A stretch of DNA of 64,000 nt from contig JAEDCM010000004.1 in assembly GCA_016294165.1 (NCBI GenBank), positions 5,914-69,913 of the forward strand. The letters run 5' to 3'. Source of the stretch: Anaeroplasmataceae bacterium. Its GTDB lineage: Bacteria > Bacillota_I > Bacilli_A > Acholeplasmatales > JAEDCM01. How positions within the stretch are numbered: the first letter of the stretch is position 1; each line of letters begins with the position of its first letter. Shown piece by piece: positions 18,457-29,005 of the stretch. The notes under the pieces were generated by a model that was not told where the DNA came from, searched no databases, and saw only the letters and a list, made by a program, of their open reading frames with translations. A program made the translations under genes and the position numbers.

Positions 18457-19440
18457 CTAGAATAATGTGTCAATTTTTATAGCTAATTCATCATAGCATT
18501 GACCAATTTCTTCATCTGATTCAAATAAAAAATTCTTAGCCTGACCGATTGGAATATTTGATAATAGAGGTACACCTAGGCGCTCAGAAACAATGCTTCC
18601 CCCACCATTACCAAAAATAAATTCATGATTTCCATTTGCTGGATTTTTAAAGTAACTCATATTTTCCACAACCCCGATTAATTCGGTTTTCATTTCCATC
18701 GCACCAAGCCCAGCTTTAACTGCTACCGATGATGCTTGTGGATGTGGGGTTGTAACGACAATCATTTTTCCATTAGGAAGCATTTTACCTAAATCTATAG
18801 CTACATCACCTGTCCCAGGAGGTAGATCAATTAATAGGTATTCCAAATCTTTATCCCATAATGTATCTTGGAAAAAATGATTAAGCATACGTGATAGCAT
18901 TGGACCACGCCACATTAATGGCCTATCATCCTCTACAAAGAATTCAGTTGATAAAACCTCCATCCCATAAGCTTCCATTGGAAGAATATGTCCTTCCTTA
19001 TCTCCTCTAGCCTCCATATGAGGTAATCCTAAGACATTAGGAATTGATGCTCCATAAATATCACAATCCACAATACCTACTTTTTTACCCATTCTTTTTA
19101 AAGCATATGCAAGATTTGCTGTTACATTACTTTTTCCAACACCACCCTTACCAGACGCAACAAATAAGAATCTACATCCGTTATCATAGATGGTATTTCT
19201 TTCCTTTTCAGGAATGAATTGTAATTTAATTCCTTTATATCCATAATTTAGCTTAACAATTCTTACTAGAGTGTTTTTAACCTTATCGGCTTCTTCTCCA
19301 GTAACCTCGCTTAGATATACCTTTAAATGAACAACATCGTCAATAATATCGATGCTTTTTAGTCCTTGAGTTTCTCTCAATGTTTTACCACAAGAAAAAT
19401 CAATGACATTTAATATTTCTTCAACTAATCTTTCATCCAT
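18457..19440 (-). CDS. Mrp/NBP35 (ApbC-like) iron-sulfur cluster carrier ATPase
   Basis: Deviant Walker A SGKGGVGKS, DLPPGTGD, and an N-terminal DUF59-like segment. Confidence 0.85.
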   Translation of the reverse strand: MDERLVEEILNVIDFSCGKTLRETQGLKSIDIIDDVVHLKVYLSEVTGEEADKVKNTLVRIVKLNYGYKGIKLQFIPEKERNTIYDNGCRFLFVASGKGGVGKSNVTANLAYALKRMGKKVGIVDCDIYGASIPNVLGLPHMEARGDKEGHILPMEAYGMEVLSTEFFVEDDRPLMWRGPMLSRMLNHFFQDTLWDKDLEYLLIDLPPGTGDVAIDLGKMLPNGKMIVVTTPHPQASSVAVKAGLGAMEMKTELIGVVENMSYFKNPANGNHEFIFGNGGGSIVSERLGVPLLSNIPIGQAKNFLFESDEEIGQCYDELAIKIDTLF

Positions 19441-19472
19441 TTTTTATCACCATTAGTTATTATATAACAAAA

Positions 19473-19760
19473 TTATTTTTCAATCAACTTTTTATATCCA
19501 CCATCACCATATTGGATTGCCTTTGAAACACGTGATAAAGTTGCAGATGAAATATCTACCTTATCTAAAATTTCTTCATATGTATTTCCCTCTAAAAGCT
19601 TTTTAGCTGCCAATAAGCGAATTGACATTGCTTCAATTTCTTTAATTGTACATAAATCCTCAAAAAATTCGTAACATTCTTCAATTGTTTCTAATTTTAA
19701 TATTGTTTCAAATAATTCTTTAATTCGATCGTTTTGTAATTGCTTAATCATTTTCATCAC
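19473..19760 (-). CDS. yerC: TrpR-like YerC/YecD family protein
   Basis: 95 aa: LFETILKLETIEECYEFFEDLCTIKEIEAMSIRLLAAKKL..., with an HTH (ISSATLSRVSKAI) and the terminal GGYKKLIE typical of YerC/YecD. Confidence 0.7.
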   Translation of the reverse strand: MMKMIKQLQNDRIKELFETILKLETIEECYEFFEDLCTIKEIEAMSIRLLAAKKLLEGNTYEEILDKVDISSATLSRVSKAIQYGDGGYKKLIEK

Positions 19761-19796
19761 CTTGAATATAGTTTATCAAAGTAAATGAATAAAGTC

Positions 19797-19822
19797 AAAA
19801 GAATTGTTAAAAAGAATTGTTA
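19797..19822. repeat. perfect 13-bp tandem duplication AAAAGAATTGTTA x2 in the yerC / aminopeptidase divergent promoter region
   Basis: Read directly: aaaagaattgtta aaaagaattgtta, followed by tttgaattaaca (partial inverted copy TGTTA..TAACA). Confidence 0.6.
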
Positions 19823-19917
19823 TTTGAATTAACAGTTATGACAAAATATCATTAAATTTACATTGATATGTTTCTTAAAAAATATTATAATTAAAACAAA
19901 CAAAGGAGATGACAAAA

Positions 19918-21276
19918 ATGTATAAAGAAAATGCATGGAAAAAATATGATAATCTAGATGAAATCATGCAATTTAACGAAGAATATAAAGCATTCATTTC
20001 AACTGGAAAAACTGAAAGATTATGTGTTAGAAATTCGGTTAAACTAGCAGTTTCTAATGGATTTATAAATATCAATGATGTTAAAGAAATTAAGCCAGGA
20101 ATGAAAATATATTCAACAAATAAAGAAAAAAATATTTGCTTGTTTGTTATTGGTAATAAACCATTAACTGAAGGATTAAGGGTATTAGGTGCACATATCG
20201 ATTCACCAAGAATTGATGTTAAGCAAAACCCTTTATATGAGAAAGATGGATTTGCCTTATTAGATACTCATTATTATGGTGGTATTAAAAAATATCAATG
20301 GGTTACTCTTCCACTTTCAATTTATGGTGTTGTATGTAAAAAGGATGGTTCAGTTATTGATGTCGTTATTGGTGATGATGAAAACGATCCAGTTGTAGGT
20401 ATCAATGATTTATTAATTCACCTTTCAGCTGATCAATTAACAAAAACTGGCGCAAAGGTTATTGAAGGCGAAGATTTAGATGTTACCTTAGGAAATATTC
20501 CTTTAAATGATGAAGAAAAAAATCCAGTAAAGGCTAATATTTTAAAGTTATTAAAGGACAAATACGATTTTGATGAAGAAGATTTTGTAAGTGCAGAATT
20601 AGAAATCGTTCCAAGCGGTAAGGCCCGTGATTTTGGATTAGATCGTAGTATGGTTATGGGATATGGACATGATGATCGTGTATGCGCCTATACTTCTTTA
20701 AAAGCGGTATTAGATATTGACAATCCTGAATATACATCTTGCTGCATTTTAGTAGATAAGGAAGAGGTTGGAAGCATTGGTGCTACTGGTGCTGAATCTT
20801 TATATTTTGAAAATACTATTTTAAAATTATTAGACAAAGTTGGATGTGGGACAATCCTAAATTTACGTACTACCCTAGAAAATACTAAGATGCTTTCTAG
20901 TGATGTAAGTGCTGGATATGATCCATTATATGCTGGGGTTAATGATAGTAAAAATGCCGCTTACCTTGGTAATGGTGTATGCTTTAACAAATATACTGGT
21001 GCTCGTGGTAAATCTGGATGCAATGATGCAAGTCCGGAATTCATCGCTTGGTTAAGAAAAATCATGGATGAAAACAATGTAAACTATCAAACTGCTGAAC
21101 TTGGTCGTGTTGACCAAGGAGGAGGAGGTACAATTGCCTATATCCTTGGAAACTATAATATGGATGTAATTGATTGTGGTGTTGCTGTATTAAATATGCA
21201 TGCTCCATGGGAAATTGTATCAAAGGTCGATGTTTACGAAGCTTATTTAGCTTATAAAACTTTTCTTACAAAATAA
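19918..21276 (+). CDS. M18 family aminopeptidase
   Basis: GAHIDSPRIDVK, HDDRVC, DKEEVGS and NMHAPWE blocks. ATG 19918 is 9 nt after AAGGAG; the track start at 19909 is too close to the RBS. Confidence 0.8.
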   Translation: MYKENAWKKYDNLDEIMQFNEEYKAFISTGKTERLCVRNSVKLAVSNGFININDVKEIKPGMKIYSTNKEKNICLFVIGNKPLTEGLRVLGAHIDSPRIDVKQNPLYEKDGFALLDTHYYGGIKKYQWVTLPLSIYGVVCKKDGSVIDVVIGDDENDPVVGINDLLIHLSADQLTKTGAKVIEGEDLDVTLGNIPLNDEEKNPVKANILKLLKDKYDFDEEDFVSAELEIVPSGKARDFGLDRSMVMGYGHDDRVCAYTSLKAVLDIDNPEYTSCCILVDKEEVGSIGATGAESLYFENTILKLLDKVGCGTILNLRTTLENTKMLSSDVSAGYDPLYAGVNDSKNAAYLGNGVCFNKYTGARGKSGCNDASPEFIAWLRKIMDENNVNYQTAELGRVDQGGGGTIAYILGNYNMDVIDCGVAVLNMHAPWEIVSKVDVYEAYLAYKTFLTK

Positions 21277-21280
21277 AAAT

Positions 21281-21309
21281 AAAGCACAATGATATTTCAT
21301 TGTGCTTTT
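21281..21309 (+). terminator. intrinsic terminator after the M18 aminopeptidase gene
   Basis: AGCACAATG-ATATTT-CATTGTGCT followed by TTT. Confidence 0.6.
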
Positions 21310-21338
21310 ACTATTAAATGGCTCTATTAAGAGCTTTT

Positions 21339-22622
21339 TTATTTATATTTAGATTTTTTTATCATCTTTTTAACTTTAGCGAATAGTTTATCTTGTGAAT
21401 AATCAAGAATGGAAACACGATATAAAGGAACACCAAATTTGACTACAACAATATCTAGAACAATCAATATCAAAGCAGCGATAATTACCTCCATCAATCC
21501 AAATGTTCCATTGATGAATAAAACAGGCGCAAGCATCGGTGAAAATAACGGAATATATCCCATTATTTTTATAAATAGTGATCCTTCAAAATTCATTCCA
21601 AAAATTGAAATATAGAAAGCAACCATAATACAAATCATTACTGGTGTTTGGAATTGTTGGAAGTCCTCTAATGATGTTGCCATTGAGCTGAAGACCGCAA
21701 TCAATACTAAATATAGAGCATAACCTAAAATACAGAATAAGAAGATTACTGCAAGCATTGATGGGATCTTGCTTGTAATATCCCCAATAATATTTACTTC
21801 TGCTGCTGAGGCACCAACGCTTGAAATTGAATTAGCAAATCCATCACCGATAACATTAGATATTACTACTCCTAAAACACCAGCAACAAATAATATTAAG
21901 AATTGAACGACCACAAAAATAATCGCACTAATTATTTTTGAACCAAAATGCTTTCCTGGTTCGATATTAGAAATGATATACTCAATACTTCTAGATGATT
22001 TCTCTTCTAAGATTTCTGTTCCAACAAATTGCATCATCATTACAATAAATATAAATAATGGTAAAATTATGATTGTTGATACCATACCTAAAATTGCTTT
22101 TTCTGATGAATCCTCTTTGTTCTTTAAATGCTTATCAATAATTGGGCTTGTTAATAAAGTAGTTACTTGGTCTTTTACTTCTTCTGATGCTGTTTCTTCC
22201 CAAATTGCTGATTTAGCTATCGTTACTAAATTAGTAAGATATGTCTCTTGAGTTAATGAAATGTCATTAGCATATATTTCCATCTTTAATATTTCATCTT
22301 GGAAACTTAAAACTAAAATTCCATCGCATTTTTTTAGTAAGCTTTTTTTATTTTCAATATTGAAACTATCTTCTTGTAATTCTAATTGTAAATTCATTCC
22401 TTCTACAATACTACTATTCATATAGTTATAGGCCTTGTTTGTTTCATCAAATACATAGTAAACCTTTGTATCATCAAAATCACCACCAAATTTTTTGATA
22501 ATTGTTGGAAGATTTATAATACCAATTAAGAGGATTGCCATAATAATATTCGCAATAACAAATGATTTTGTTTTTATGCGTCTTTTTAAGGAATATTTAA
22601 CTAAATACCAAAATTTACTCAT
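21339..22622 (-). CDS. ABC-2 type transporter permease (NatB-like)
   Basis: 427 aa. N-terminal TM helix, a large extracytoplasmic loop, then 5 C-terminal TM helices. 8-nt overlap with the upstream ATPase gene. Confidence 0.7.
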   Translation of the reverse strand: MSKFWYLVKYSLKRRIKTKSFVIANIIMAILLIGIINLPTIIKKFGGDFDDTKVYYVFDETNKAYNYMNSSIVEGMNLQLELQEDSFNIENKKSLLKKCDGILVLSFQDEILKMEIYANDISLTQETYLTNLVTIAKSAIWEETASEEVKDQVTTLLTSPIIDKHLKNKEDSSEKAILGMVSTIIILPLFIFIVMMMQFVGTEILEEKSSRSIEYIISNIEPGKHFGSKIISAIIFVVVQFLILFVAGVLGVVISNVIGDGFANSISSVGASAAEVNIIGDITSKIPSMLAVIFLFCILGYALYLVLIAVFSSMATSLEDFQQFQTPVMICIMVAFYISIFGMNFEGSLFIKIMGYIPLFSPMLAPVLFINGTFGLMEVIIAALILIVLDIVVVKFGVPLYRVSILDYSQDKLFAKVKKMIKKSKYK

Positions 22623-23514
22623 TGTATGCCACCCCTACCTTCTCTATAAATATTTCACTAAGTGATGGTTTTTCAATAACATATTTTGTTATATTACTAC
22701 ATGTTTTAATATAATCAAATACTTTTTCAGAGATGCTTAAATCAGATATCGAAATAACACACTCATTTAAGTTATCCTTAACACTAACAACTCCATCTAT
22801 TTCTTTAATTTTATTAACATCAATATCTCCTGAAACTCTAATTGTTTTACGCTTAAAATCATCTTTAATTTGATCAATGTTTCCACTTATTACGCTTTTT
22901 CCTTTTAGTAAAACTACTAAATTCTCGCAAAATAATTCCACATGATCGATTCGATGAGTAGAAAATATAATGCAACTACCCTTCTTTTGAAATTCGCGAA
23001 TAATATCAATCATTAATTCAATATTTAATGGATCTAATCCACTAAATGGTTCATCTAAAATTAACAATTTGGGATCATTAATAATCGATGTGATGAATTG
23101 AATCTTTTGTTGGTTACCCTTTGATAATTCTTTGATTTTTTTATTCTTATAATTGCTAATCTGTAATCTATCTAACCAATAATCAAGCTTTTCATCAATT
23201 GTTTTTTCATCCATACTTTTTAGTTTGGCATAATGCTTAACCAAATCACATACTTTTAGTTTTGTAAGTAATGACCTTTCTTCAACTAAAAAACCAATAT
23301 TATCCGAAAAATCATAACCATATTTATTTCCATCCCACGTGATTTCTCCATTATTTGGTTCTAACAATCCTGTAATCATTCTAAATGTTGTGGTTTTACC
23401 TGCTCCATTGGTTCCAAGTAAAGCGAATATTTCTCCTTCCTTGATTGTGAAGCTTAGATCATCAACCGCCACTAAATCCCCAAATTTTTTGGTAATGTTT
23501 TTTACCTCTAACAT
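22615..23514 (-). CDS. ABC transporter ATP-binding protein (NatA-like)
   Basis: Walker A GTNGAGKTT, signature LSKGNQQK, Walker B LLILDEPFSGLD. Confidence 0.85.
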   Translation of the reverse strand: MLEVKNITKKFGDLVAVDDLSFTIKEGEIFALLGTNGAGKTTTFRMITGLLEPNNGEITWDGNKYGYDFSDNIGFLVEERSLLTKLKVCDLVKHYAKLKSMDEKTIDEKLDYWLDRLQISNYKNKKIKELSKGNQQKIQFITSIINDPKLLILDEPFSGLDPLNIELMIDIIREFQKKGSCIIFSTHRIDHVELFCENLVVLLKGKSVISGNIDQIKDDFKRKTIRVSGDIDVNKIKEIDGVVSVKDNLNECVISISDLSISEKVFDYIKTCSNITKYVIEKPSLSEIFIEKVGVAYNE

Positions 23515-23529
23515 CTTATCCCTTCTTTC

Positions 23530-23559
23530 AAATAAAAATACAGGTTTTCACCTGTATTT
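23530..23559 (-). terminator. intrinsic terminator after thrS
   Basis: Minus strand: AAATACAGGT-GAAA-ACCTGTATTT followed by a U-rich tract. Confidence 0.65.
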
Positions 23560-23562
23560 ATT

Positions 23563-25464
23563 TTAACACTTTTTTGTTTTAATTTCATCTAAAATCATTG
23601 AAATAAATTCATCATGATTAACTGTAACTTGATTTTGACTACCATATTTACGATAAGTGAAGTTATTTGTTTCTACCTCATTATCCCCAACAACCAATGT
23701 ATAAGGGATTTTTGAAGTCTGTGCTTCACGAATCTTATATCCTAATTTTTCTTCTCTTGCATCTAAATTGCATCTTAATCCAAGTTTTTCTAATTCAGCT
23801 TTAAATTCTAAAGCCTTATCAAGATGAACCTTATTTACCGGAATAATTCTAATTTGTTCTGGTGATAACCATAATGGGAAAGCCCCACCAAAGTGTTCAA
23901 TCAAAATACCAATAAATCTTTCAATTGAGCCAAATAATGCCCTATGTAGCATAACTGGTCTTTGTTTTTCTCCATTTTGATCAATATATGTTAAATCAAA
24001 TCTTTCAGGAAGATTCATGTCTAATTGAATTGTTCCGCATTGCCAAATTCTATTCATTGAATCCTTTAATTTGAAATCTAATTTTGGACCATAGAATGCT
24101 CCATCGCCTGGATTAATGATATATTTAATTCCCTTATTATCCATCGCTTTAGCTAAAGCTGCTTCCGCCTTATCCCAAGTTTCAATTTTACCAATATATT
24201 TATCTAATGGTCTTGTTGAAAGTTCGATATGATATTTTAAACCAAAGATATTATACATATAATCATATAAATCAATTAATCTTCCAATTTCTTCTTCGAT
24301 TTGATCTTCTGTCATGAAGATATGAGCATCATCTTGAGTAAAGTTACGAACTCTAAATAATCCATTTAAAGCTCCACTCGCTTCATGACGATGAACTAAT
24401 CCTAATTCTCCAACTCTTAATGGGAATTCACGATAAGAGTGAATATCATTTTTATAAACTAACATTCCCCCTGGACAGTTCATTGGTTTAATCGCAAATT
24501 CGTATTTATCAATTTCTGATGTATACATATTTTCTTTATAGTTAAACCAGTGACCGGAAATTTTCCATAATTCTTTATTAAGCATAATAGGTGTTTGAAC
24601 AAATTGGTATCCTTCTTTAGTATGAACATCATACCAGAATGATTCTAATGTGCGTCTTAAAATCATTCCTTTAGGTAGCCAGAATGGGAATCCTGGACCA
24701 TATTCACTAAGCATGAATAATCCTAGTTCTTTTCCTAATTTACGATGATCTCTTTTCTTTCTTTCTTCAAGATTTTTTAAATGAGTTTCCAAATCCTCTT
24801 TAGTAAACCAAGATGTACCATAAATTCTTGTAAGCATCTTATTATCAGAGTTACCACGCCAATATGCTCCAGCAATGCTTAATAATTTAAAGAATTTAAT
24901 ATCCTTAGTATTTGTTAAGTGAACGCCGCGACATAAATCGGTAAATTCACCTTGACTATATGTAGAAATAACTCCTTCAAGCTCATTAATTAATTCAACC
25001 TTATATGGATTATCCTTAAATATTTCTAAAGCTTCTTCCTTAGAAACCTCTTTTCTTGTAATTTCTACTGCTTCACTTGAAATATTTGCCATCATTTTTT
25101 CGATTTTTGCTAAATCAGCTTCTGTAACAACATCATCACCAAAATCTACATCATAATAGAATCCTTCTTCAATTGTTGGGCCAATTCCAAATTGAGCTTT
25201 CGGATATAATCTTTTAATGGCTTGAGCTAATAAGTGAGCTGTACTATGATTTAATACTTCAAAGGCAAAATCTTGATCCTTAGTAATGATACTAATGGTT
25301 GCATCCTCAAGAATCTCCTTATTTAAATCATATAATGCATCATTGATTTTACCACAAACTGCTTTTTTAGCTAATCCTGGTGAAATCATTTTTGCAATCT
25401 CAATTGTTGTGATTCCTTTTTGATATTCTTTTACTGAACCATCAGGGAAAGTTAATTTAATCAT
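23563..25464 (-). CDS. thrS: threonine--tRNA ligase
   Basis: 633 aa with a TGS domain (MIKLTFPDGSVKEY), an editing-domain HSTAHLLA motif, class II core (RVRNFTQDDAHIF, GAFYGPK), and an anticodon-binding C-terminus. Confidence 0.95.
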   Translation of the reverse strand: MIKLTFPDGSVKEYQKGITTIEIAKMISPGLAKKAVCGKINDALYDLNKEILEDATISIITKDQDFAFEVLNHSTAHLLAQAIKRLYPKAQFGIGPTIEEGFYYDVDFGDDVVTEADLAKIEKMMANISSEAVEITRKEVSKEEALEIFKDNPYKVELINELEGVISTYSQGEFTDLCRGVHLTNTKDIKFFKLLSIAGAYWRGNSDNKMLTRIYGTSWFTKEDLETHLKNLEERKKRDHRKLGKELGLFMLSEYGPGFPFWLPKGMILRRTLESFWYDVHTKEGYQFVQTPIMLNKELWKISGHWFNYKENMYTSEIDKYEFAIKPMNCPGGMLVYKNDIHSYREFPLRVGELGLVHRHEASGALNGLFRVRNFTQDDAHIFMTEDQIEEEIGRLIDLYDYMYNIFGLKYHIELSTRPLDKYIGKIETWDKAEAALAKAMDNKGIKYIINPGDGAFYGPKLDFKLKDSMNRIWQCGTIQLDMNLPERFDLTYIDQNGEKQRPVMLHRALFGSIERFIGILIEHFGGAFPLWLSPEQIRIIPVNKVHLDKALEFKAELEKLGLRCNLDAREEKLGYKIREAQTSKIPYTLVVGDNEVETNNFTYRKYGSQNQVTVNHDEFISMILDEIKTKKC

Positions 25465-25486
25465 AAAAATTCCTCCTTAAAAATAT

Positions 25487-25702
25487 AAAAAGTCCTTAGA
25501 AAAACTCTAAGGACGTTATTAACGCGGTACCACCTTAGTTCTAGAAATTAATTCTAGCCCTCAATCCTTTTAACGCAAGGCTACGAGATTCCATTTCTGG
25601 TCTAGCTCCATGGGAGTAATTAATAAGTCCGTTTACCTAACTTTCACCACCTTAGGCTCGCTAAAAAAGGTTAAATATTAATCATGTCCATTTCATCGCT
25701 AT
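25487..25702 (-). promoter_or_regulatory. T-box riboswitch leader of thrS
   Basis: Minus strand has stem I elements (AGCGAUGA..., AGCGAG, distal GGUGGUGAAAG), the T-box sequence AACUAAGGUGGUACCGCG (25523-25540), and the terminator GUCCUUAGAG-UUUUU-CUAAGGAC plus U-run (25487-25514). Candidate Thr specifier codons (ACG/ACU) lie in ...UAAACGGACUUAUU... I could not resolve which one is used. Confidence 0.85.
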
Positions 25703-25729
25703 TTATATAATATCACTTAGGAAAATAAA

Positions 25730-26239
25730 TTACAACTCAAATATTTCAATTTTTTTATTTTCCATAATTGCATAGCTATGCATATTATCTTTAGGTAAGC
25801 TAATTGATCCAGGATTTAAAACGGTAATTCCTTTAATATTTCCTAACAATGATTTATGAGTATGCCCGTAAAACAAATAATCACCGCTACAAATATTTGG
25901 TAAATTATCAATATTAAAAATATGCCCATGTGTTAAAAATATTCGAGCTCCATCAATTAGGATATGGGAATTACGATTTAAAATAGGAAACTCTAAAAGC
26001 ATTTGATCAACCTCAGTATCACAATTACCACGAACCGCAATTATCTTATCCTTATATCTATTTAAAAGCTCCGCAACCTTTTTACAATCATATTCCATTG
26101 GCAAATCATTTCGTGGGCCATGATATAAAATATCACCTAATAAAACTAAATAATCAGCATTAGATTCTTCAAATTTTTCAATCATTTTTTTGGCATAGAA
26201 AAATGAGCCATGTAAATCTGAAGCTATAAATAATTTCAT
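25730..26239 (-). CDS. YfcE-family metallophosphoesterase
   Basis: MKLFIASDLHGS, GDILYHGPRN, RGNCD and GHTH motifs. ATG 26239 forms an ATGA overlap with the luxS stop. Confidence 0.75.
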   Translation of the reverse strand: MKLFIASDLHGSFFYAKKMIEKFEESNADYLVLLGDILYHGPRNDLPMEYDCKKVAELLNRYKDKIIAVRGNCDTEVDQMLLEFPILNRNSHILIDGARIFLTHGHIFNIDNLPNICSGDYLFYGHTHKSLLGNIKGITVLNPGSISLPKDNMHSYAIMENKKIEIFEL

Positions 26240-26679
26240 TTTAAAACCTCCAAATACTTCTTTGCATAATATTTTGCCATATCTAAATTTAAATCTAAAT
26301 AATTCCCACATTCAACCGCTGATGCCCCAGGAATCTTCCCTTCAAAATTAACAATAAATTCCATTGCTTTAATAACATAATCTAGAATGTCATTAACATC
26401 CTTTTTTCCAGCGACAATTAAATAAAATCCAGTACGGCAGCCCATAGGTCCAAAATACATTGTTTCATCTTTAATTTTCTCATAATTTCTGAAAAATGTG
26501 GCCCCAAGATGCTCGATGGTATGCATGACAGACGTATCCATAACCGGTTCAAAGTTCGGCCTTGTAAATCTTAAATCAAAGGTTGTAAAAGCGAACCCTT
26601 TGATTTCATCACATCTTGAAACATATAGCCCAGGTAGTAATGTTAAATGATCAACTTGAAAGCTTGCAATTTTTTCCAT
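26236..26679 (-). CDS. luxS: S-ribosylhomocysteine lyase
   Basis: MEKIASFQVDH..., the HTIEHL metal motif, and GPMGCRTGFY. The start is at M11 of the track ORF. Confidence 0.9.
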   Translation of the reverse strand: MEKIASFQVDHLTLLPGLYVSRCDEIKGFAFTTFDLRFTRPNFEPVMDTSVMHTIEHLGATFFRNYEKIKDETMYFGPMGCRTGFYLIVAGKKDVNDILDYVIKAMEFIVNFEGKIPGASAVECGNYLDLNLDMAKYYAKKYLEVLK

Positions 26680-26680
26680 T

Positions 26681-29005
26681 TTATAAAATCCTTTCCAATA
26701 GATTTGCACATTCTAAAGCATCAGCCGTATAATAATCAGCACCAATTTCTTTAGCAATTTCTTGATTTAATACAGCACCACCAACAAAGATTGGACACAT
26801 TCCTTCAATCTTCTTTAATTCGATAATTGTTTCCTCCATTCTTAAAACCGTAGTGGTCATAAGAGCACTTAAACCTATAGCCTGTGGATGATACTTATGA
26901 TATGCACAAACCACATCTTCAATTTTAACATCCTTACCTAAATCAACGACATTATAGCCATATGATTCTAATACAACCTTCACAATATTCTTTCCAATAT
27001 CATGAACATCATCCTTAACCGTTAATAAAATAATAGTAGCCTTTGAACTTTCGTTACTATTAAATTTATTTTTGATTACCTCAAATGCTGCTTTTGTGGC
27101 TTCAGCTGATTTTAGCAATTGCGGCAAAAATAGTTTTCCTTTTTCAAATAAACTTCCAACCTCATTTAATGATGGAACAATGACCTTATTAATCAAATCC
27201 ATTGGTTCTTTGGTTGCTAATTCAGCCAAACAAACATCCTTAGCAATATCTGATAATCCCTTCTTTATCACATATTCTAAGGTTTTATCAGCTGTAGTAG
27301 TCTTCTCAACAATCTCCACATTATTCTTAATATAGTTTTCACTATTAATATCAATATTATTTAATACATTACATGCTAAAACGGCATTAACCATCTCAGA
27401 ATCAAGTGGATTAATGATTGCTAGATTTAATCCATTAGCAATAGCCATTGTTAAAAATGTTTTGTTAAGCAAACCACGGTTAGGCAATCCAAAGCTAACG
27501 TTAGAAACACCCAAGGCTGTTCTAACCCCTAGTTCTTCTCTAACCATTCTTAAGGCTTTTAAGGTTTCTTTTACTAATGGTTGCTCAGCTGAGGCTGTTA
27601 ATACTAAAGTATCAATAACTAGTTTTTCTTTACTAATTCCATATTTACTAGCATAATTAACAATTCTTTTCGCGATATTAAATCTTTCAATAGCCGTTTT
27701 TGGAACCCCATTATCGTCTAATGTTAGTCCAATAACCATTGCCCCATATTTTTTGGCAATTGGGAATATTCTATCCATAACATCTGTATTGCCATTAACA
27801 GAATTAATCAAGGCAACTCCATTATAAAAACGGCATCCGGCTTCAATTGCTGATGGATCTGATGAATCAATTTGCAAACAGATGTTGCTTACCTCTTGAA
27901 TCTTGCGAACGACATTGGTCATCAATTCTTTTTCATTGGCTTTAGGTATTCCAACATTGATGTCTAAAATATCCGACAATGCTTCTTCTTGCTTAATTGC
28001 CTCATTAGTAATATAAGCAAAGTCGTTGTTTAAATAGGCTTCCTTTAATTTCTTTTTACCTGTTGGATTTAATCTTTCGCCAACAATCTTTATATCATCA
28101 ACATAAACAATTTTATTAGCACTACAAACAACACTCTTTATAGGATTAACAACCTTATTAATTGGCTGATCTTTAAATATTGAGATAGATTCTATAAAAT
28201 CCTTATCTGTTCCACAACATCCTCCAATAATTGAAACACCCATATTAACGTATTTTCTAATAGCGTCTACGTACTCATCAACACTTAAATCATAAACTGT
28301 TTCATTATTAACTAGTTTAGGAAGACCTCTATTTGGTTGAATAATTACTGGCACATGTGCATTATTAATAATTTCCAAAATAATATTTTCCATTTCAACT
28401 GGCCCAAGTGAGCAATTCACACCTAGAGCATCAACGTTTAGTCCCTCTAAAATATTAACCATAATTTCTGGTGTTGTCCCTGTTAATGTTCGACCATTTT
28501 TCTCAAAACTCATTGTCGCAAAAACTGGTTTACAAGAATTTTCCTTACAAGCTAAAATCGCTATTTTTAACTCAAATACATCCGTAAATGTTTCTAAAAT
28601 AAATCCATCAACATGATCCTTTGCAATTAAAACAATCTCTTTAAAAGCATTATAGGCCTCATCAAAGGTTAGATTTCCCATCGGTTCAACTAATTGTCCT
28701 AAAGGTCCAATATCAAACATTATATATTCGGGATTTGCTTTTTTAGCATTATCAATCGCACTTAAAACTAATTCTTCTAAACTGTATTTGCTTCTTTTAA
28801 TTTTAAAGCAATTTAGTCCAAAGCTATTAGTTGTAATAAAATTAGCACCAGCATTAACATATCCTTTATGAATGTTAATTATATCCTCTTTATTAGTAAT
28901 ATTTAATTCTTCTGGTACAATTGGTGTTTTGATTTTTAGTTTGGTAATTTCACTTCCAAATCCGCCATCAAAAATCGTAATTGTATTTTTTATTCTTTGT
29001 AACAT
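26681..29005 (-). CDS. metH: cobalamin-dependent methionine synthase lacking the C-terminal reactivation domain
   Basis: Hcy-methyltransferase domain (FDGGFGSE..., GVNCSLGP, GGCCGT), pterin-binding domain, and B12-binding domain (DVHDIGKNIV, SALMTTT). It ends right after the B12 domain. Confidence 0.85.
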   Translation of the reverse strand: MLQRIKNTITIFDGGFGSEITKLKIKTPIVPEELNITNKEDIINIHKGYVNAGANFITTNSFGLNCFKIKRSKYSLEELVLSAIDNAKKANPEYIMFDIGPLGQLVEPMGNLTFDEAYNAFKEIVLIAKDHVDGFILETFTDVFELKIAILACKENSCKPVFATMSFEKNGRTLTGTTPEIMVNILEGLNVDALGVNCSLGPVEMENIILEIINNAHVPVIIQPNRGLPKLVNNETVYDLSVDEYVDAIRKYVNMGVSIIGGCCGTDKDFIESISIFKDQPINKVVNPIKSVVCSANKIVYVDDIKIVGERLNPTGKKKLKEAYLNNDFAYITNEAIKQEEALSDILDINVGIPKANEKELMTNVVRKIQEVSNICLQIDSSDPSAIEAGCRFYNGVALINSVNGNTDVMDRIFPIAKKYGAMVIGLTLDDNGVPKTAIERFNIAKRIVNYASKYGISKEKLVIDTLVLTASAEQPLVKETLKALRMVREELGVRTALGVSNVSFGLPNRGLLNKTFLTMAIANGLNLAIINPLDSEMVNAVLACNVLNNIDINSENYIKNNVEIVEKTTTADKTLEYVIKKGLSDIAKDVCLAELATKEPMDLINKVIVPSLNEVGSLFEKGKLFLPQLLKSAEATKAAFEVIKNKFNSNESSKATIILLTVKDDVHDIGKNIVKVVLESYGYNVVDLGKDVKIEDVVCAYHKYHPQAIGLSALMTTTVLRMEETIIELKKIEGMCPIFVGGAVLNQEIAKEIGADYYTADALECANLLERIL

